A stretch of 64,000 bases of DNA from an uncultured Nitrospiraceae bacterium (GTDB taxonomy: Bacteria; Nitrospirota; Nitrospiria; Nitrospirales; Nitrospiraceae): contig CAVPLT010000006.1 in the NCBI GenBank assembly GCA_963706325.1, forward strand, positions 32,001 to 96,000. Direction: 5' to 3'. Position numbers and translations under genes: made by a program. How positions within the stretch are numbered: the first letter of the stretch is position 1; each line of letters begins with the position of its first letter. Positions 61,616-64,000 of this stretch are shown here, one piece after another. The notes beneath the pieces are model-generated. The model made no database searches and had not been told where the DNA came from. It was given only the letters and a program-made list of their open reading frames with translations.

Positions 61616-61969
61616 ATGCCAGATCCGGCTGGAGAGAAACATCAACTCGCCGGCTTCGATGCTCAGGAACGAGGCTTCAACCGTCCTGTCGAATTCATCC
61701 GGACCGCCGCCGGCTATCATGCCACGTTACGTTATGAAGCGACGCGCATCGTTACTCCGGATGCCGGCACGCCTGCAGAGGCCCTGAAGCAGTTGATCCT
61801 GATCTTGCAGGAAGCGGGCTATACCCAGCTGCGTAGCCAACAAAGTTACCGAGACGGCGTTTACTTAGGTTCTCAGGAACTCTGGGTGGAATATCCGGAC
61901 CGTTCCGCCGCACCGGAGGTTGGAATCTTTGGGCTGCTGAAGAAATGGTTCGGACGCGCGCATGCCTGA
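61616..61969 (+). CDS. Hypothetical protein
   Basis: 5-bp gap to the previous gene and a plausible globular sequence. Confidence 0.65.
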   Translation: MPDPAGEKHQLAGFDAQERGFNRPVEFIRTAAGYHATLRYEATRIVTPDAGTPAEALKQLILILQEAGYTQLRSQQSYRDGVYLGSQELWVEYPDRSAAPEVGIFGLLKKWFGRAHA

Positions 61970-62013
61970 GGAAGCCGCAACATAGAGTCTCGGACCAGGG
62001 CGTCTCCATCGCA

Positions 62014-62042
62014 TTGACTCTCCTTTCCCCTACGCCTATAGT
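62014..62042 (+). promoter_or_regulatory. Sigma-70-like promoter
   Basis: TTGACT-N17-TATAGT. Confidence 0.6.
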
Positions 62043-62099
62043 CTCGGAGGAACTGCAGCATCACGCGATCACATCGCGATTTCCCGGGAACCGACCATC

Positions 62100-62558
62100 A
62101 TGTGGGCTCTCATTCTGCCTCTTAGCTTCGTCGCGCTGCTCTTGCCGGCGTCGACAGAAGCGAAGGTCTATCGGTGCGAAGGAGCCGGCGGAACCACTAT
62201 TCTGACGGACCAGCCAAAAGGAAAACGCGGTTGCGTGGTGATGAACACGACCTCGCCGTCGCCGCCCGGCGGCTACACCCCACCAGAGGATCCCATACAG
62301 CCGGTTCAAACTGACCTACCGGCTGCCGCCATGCCTCCATCCACATCACTGATGCAGCCGCGTCAACCCATTCCAAGCGATCAGTCCATTTCGGGCGATC
62401 AGCCCATTTCGCCACCTCAGGCATCAGCGGACCCCCAGGCTCCGGCAGCCCCCGAAGCGCAACATTGCTCGCCGCGAGTAAACCCGCTCAATCCATTTGC
62501 AGGACTCAATTGCTCGCCGGCCCCAGCCAACGATACAGGCGAGAGCAAAAACCCTTAG
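62100..62558 (+). CDS. Exported DUF4124-like protein with Pro-rich tail
   Basis: Signal peptide, VYRC…G…LTDQP motif, and P/Q/S-rich C-terminus. Confidence 0.7.
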   Translation: MWALILPLSFVALLLPASTEAKVYRCEGAGGTTILTDQPKGKRGCVVMNTTSPSPPGGYTPPEDPIQPVQTDLPAAAMPPSTSLMQPRQPIPSDQSISGDQPISPPQASADPQAPAAPEAQHCSPRVNPLNPFAGLNCSPAPANDTGESKNP

Positions 62559-62590
62559 TCCTCACTAGGCATGACAGCTCTCGCGCTTGA

Positions 62591-62619
62591 TTGACTCTCC
62601 TGCGGTCCCTTCATATAAT
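62591..62619 (+). promoter_or_regulatory. Near-consensus sigma-70 promoter
   Basis: TTGACT-N17-TATAAT. Confidence 0.7.
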
Positions 62620-62657
62620 GCAAAATCTAACCGTTTAAGCTGATTCGACAAGCACTT

Positions 62658-63032
62658 ATGCATTTTCTCTCCGCTTCATTTTTATCCTGGCGCGCACAGG
62701 ATCTTCGAGCTGGATTCAAGCACGCCTTCGCCGTTCGCCCGGAACAACAGGACTTCACGACGGCGGACCTCGCCTTGCTCGATCGCGTCGCCCGGGCCAT
62801 TGTCACGCGTGGCATGGCGACGCCGGCCACGCTGTTTCTTGACTCCATGGGTCCGATGAATTTTCTCGGCAGCCAAGCGCTGCATTTTCTCACGCCTATC
62901 ATTGAGTGCGCCCTCAGCGGAACCGAGCTCGCGCAGATTGCCCTTTTACTGGAGCGGCGCGATTCTATTGCCCGTCTTGTCGCCCTCATCGACGCACAAT
63001 CGGCTCCTCCACCTGGAGCCTCGGCTCGATGA
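62658..63032 (+). CDS. Hypothetical protein
   Basis: Stop overlaps the next start (ATGA at 63029-63032). Confidence 0.7.
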   Translation: MHFLSASFLSWRAQDLRAGFKHAFAVRPEQQDFTTADLALLDRVARAIVTRGMATPATLFLDSMGPMNFLGSQALHFLTPIIECALSGTELAQIALLLERRDSIARLVALIDAQSAPPPGASAR

Positions 63033-64000
63033 CAGTATCTCACGTCTCCGACAGGCCACGGATCGGCCGACCATTGAACGTCATCGTCGCCACCGACTGC
63101 GGCAGCACCACGACAAAGGCCATCTTGATCGAAAAGGTCGGAGACGAGTATCGCCAAACCTATCGGGGCGAAGCGCCGACGACTGTCGAAGCGCCGTTCG
63201 AAGATGTCACCCGCGGTGTGCTCAACGCCATCGCTGAAATCGAGGAGCTGTCCGGACGGACTATTCTGGATGGCGACCACATCATCACCCCCAATAAGGC
63301 GGCGCAGGGCGAGCCGAACACCGGCGTGGACATCTACGTCTCCACCAGCAGCGCCGGCGGGGGGCTGCAGATGATGGTCACCGGTGTGGTGCAAAACATG
63401 ACGGGTGAAAGCGCCCAACGAGCCGCGCTAGGCGCAGGCGCGATCGTCATCGACGTGCTGGCCTCCAACGATGGACGGCTGCCCTACGAAAAAATCGAAC
63501 GGATTCGCACCATGCGGCCCGACATGATCTTGATGTCCGGTGGAACCGACGGAGGCGCCGTGACCCATGTGGTGGAAATGGCGGAATACATTTCGGCCGC
63601 GGAGCCGCGACCACGCTTCGGCAGCACCTACCGCCTCCCCCTCGTGTTTGCCGGAAACAAAGACGCCCGACCGCAAATCAAAACGATTCTGGGCGAGAAG
63701 ACCGCGTTGGAATTCGCGGACAACATCAGGCCGGTGCTCGAGCGAGAAAATCTGACGCCCGCGCGCAACAAGATTCACGATCTATTTCTCGAACACGTCA
63801 TGCAGCAGGCGCCGGGTTACAAAAAACTCATCGATATGGCCGGTGCGCCCATCATGCCGACCCCGGCGGCGGTCGGCGTCATCATGGAGAAGATCGCCAA
63901 ACGCGAAGGCATCAACCTGATCGGCGTCGACATCGGCGGCGCCACCACCGACGTCTTCTCGGTCTTCAACGGTATGTTCAACCGCACGGTGAGCGCCAAC
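63029..64000 (+). CDS. GlmL/MutL-like (glutamate-mutase accessory family) ASKHA ATPase, 3'-truncated
   Basis: Open frame from ATG 63029 to the window end, with VATDCGSTTTK, SSAGGGL, SGGTDGG, MPTP and GVDIGGATTDVFS motifs. Absent from the ORF track because it has no stop in the window. Confidence 0.8.
   Translation, partial: MTVSHVSDRPRIGRPLNVIVATDCGSTTTKAILIEKVGDEYRQTYRGEAPTTVEAPFEDVTRGVLNAIAEIEELSGRTILDGDHIITPNKAAQGEPNTGVDIYVSTSSAGGGLQMMVTGVVQNMTGESAQRAALGAGAIVIDVLASNDGRLPYEKIERIRTMRPDMILMSGGTDGGAVTHVVEMAEYISAAEPRPRFGSTYRLPLVFAGNKDARPQIKTILGEKTALEFADNIRPVLERENLTPARNKIHDLFLEHVMQQAPGYKKLIDMAGAPIMPTPAAVGVIMEKIAKREGINLIGVDIGGATTDVFSVFNGMFNRTVSAN

Noticed and set aside
1..64000. CRISPR arrays, tRNA/rRNA, transposases, integrases, phage or defence genes
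   Set aside because: None recognised by eye. A covariance-model or HMM scan would be needed to exclude small RNAs.

Overview
A roughly 59% GC bacterial chromosome window. The gene content and protein style suggest Nitrospira/Nitrospirota, which is an inference and was not checked against a database. Bases 1-21.2 kb form a phosphate/polyphosphate island. It contains CHAD, sixA, ppx, phoU, pstB/A/C/S, psiE, a phosphate-selective-type porin followed by three lipoproteins, a second pstS, a CBS protein, three OmpR-family response regulators with no sensor kinase, and two decayed genes. I found a shared 54-bp promoter architecture in front of seven of these genes: four pentamers at 11-bp period, a 10-bp gap, then TAnnnT. 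An eighth gene has the repeats without the -10 element. This looks like a lineage-specific Pho box defining a regulon with uncharacterised members. Bases 21-62 kb are mostly housekeeping genes: pal, a YyaL-AKR fusion, malic enzyme, rnd, citrate synthase, hsp20, fumC, nadK, clpC, tsaD, hflX, nth, yicC-gmk-rpoZ-coaBC, aroQ-efp-accB-accC-thiE, bioD, putA, a desaturase and mrp. This part also holds an unannotated 29-aa membrane protein and two probable non-canonical start codons (hflX ATC, thiE ACG). The window ends inside a GlmL/MutL-like ASKHA ATPase gene missing from the ORF track. I saw no rRNA, tRNA, CRISPR array or intact mobile element.
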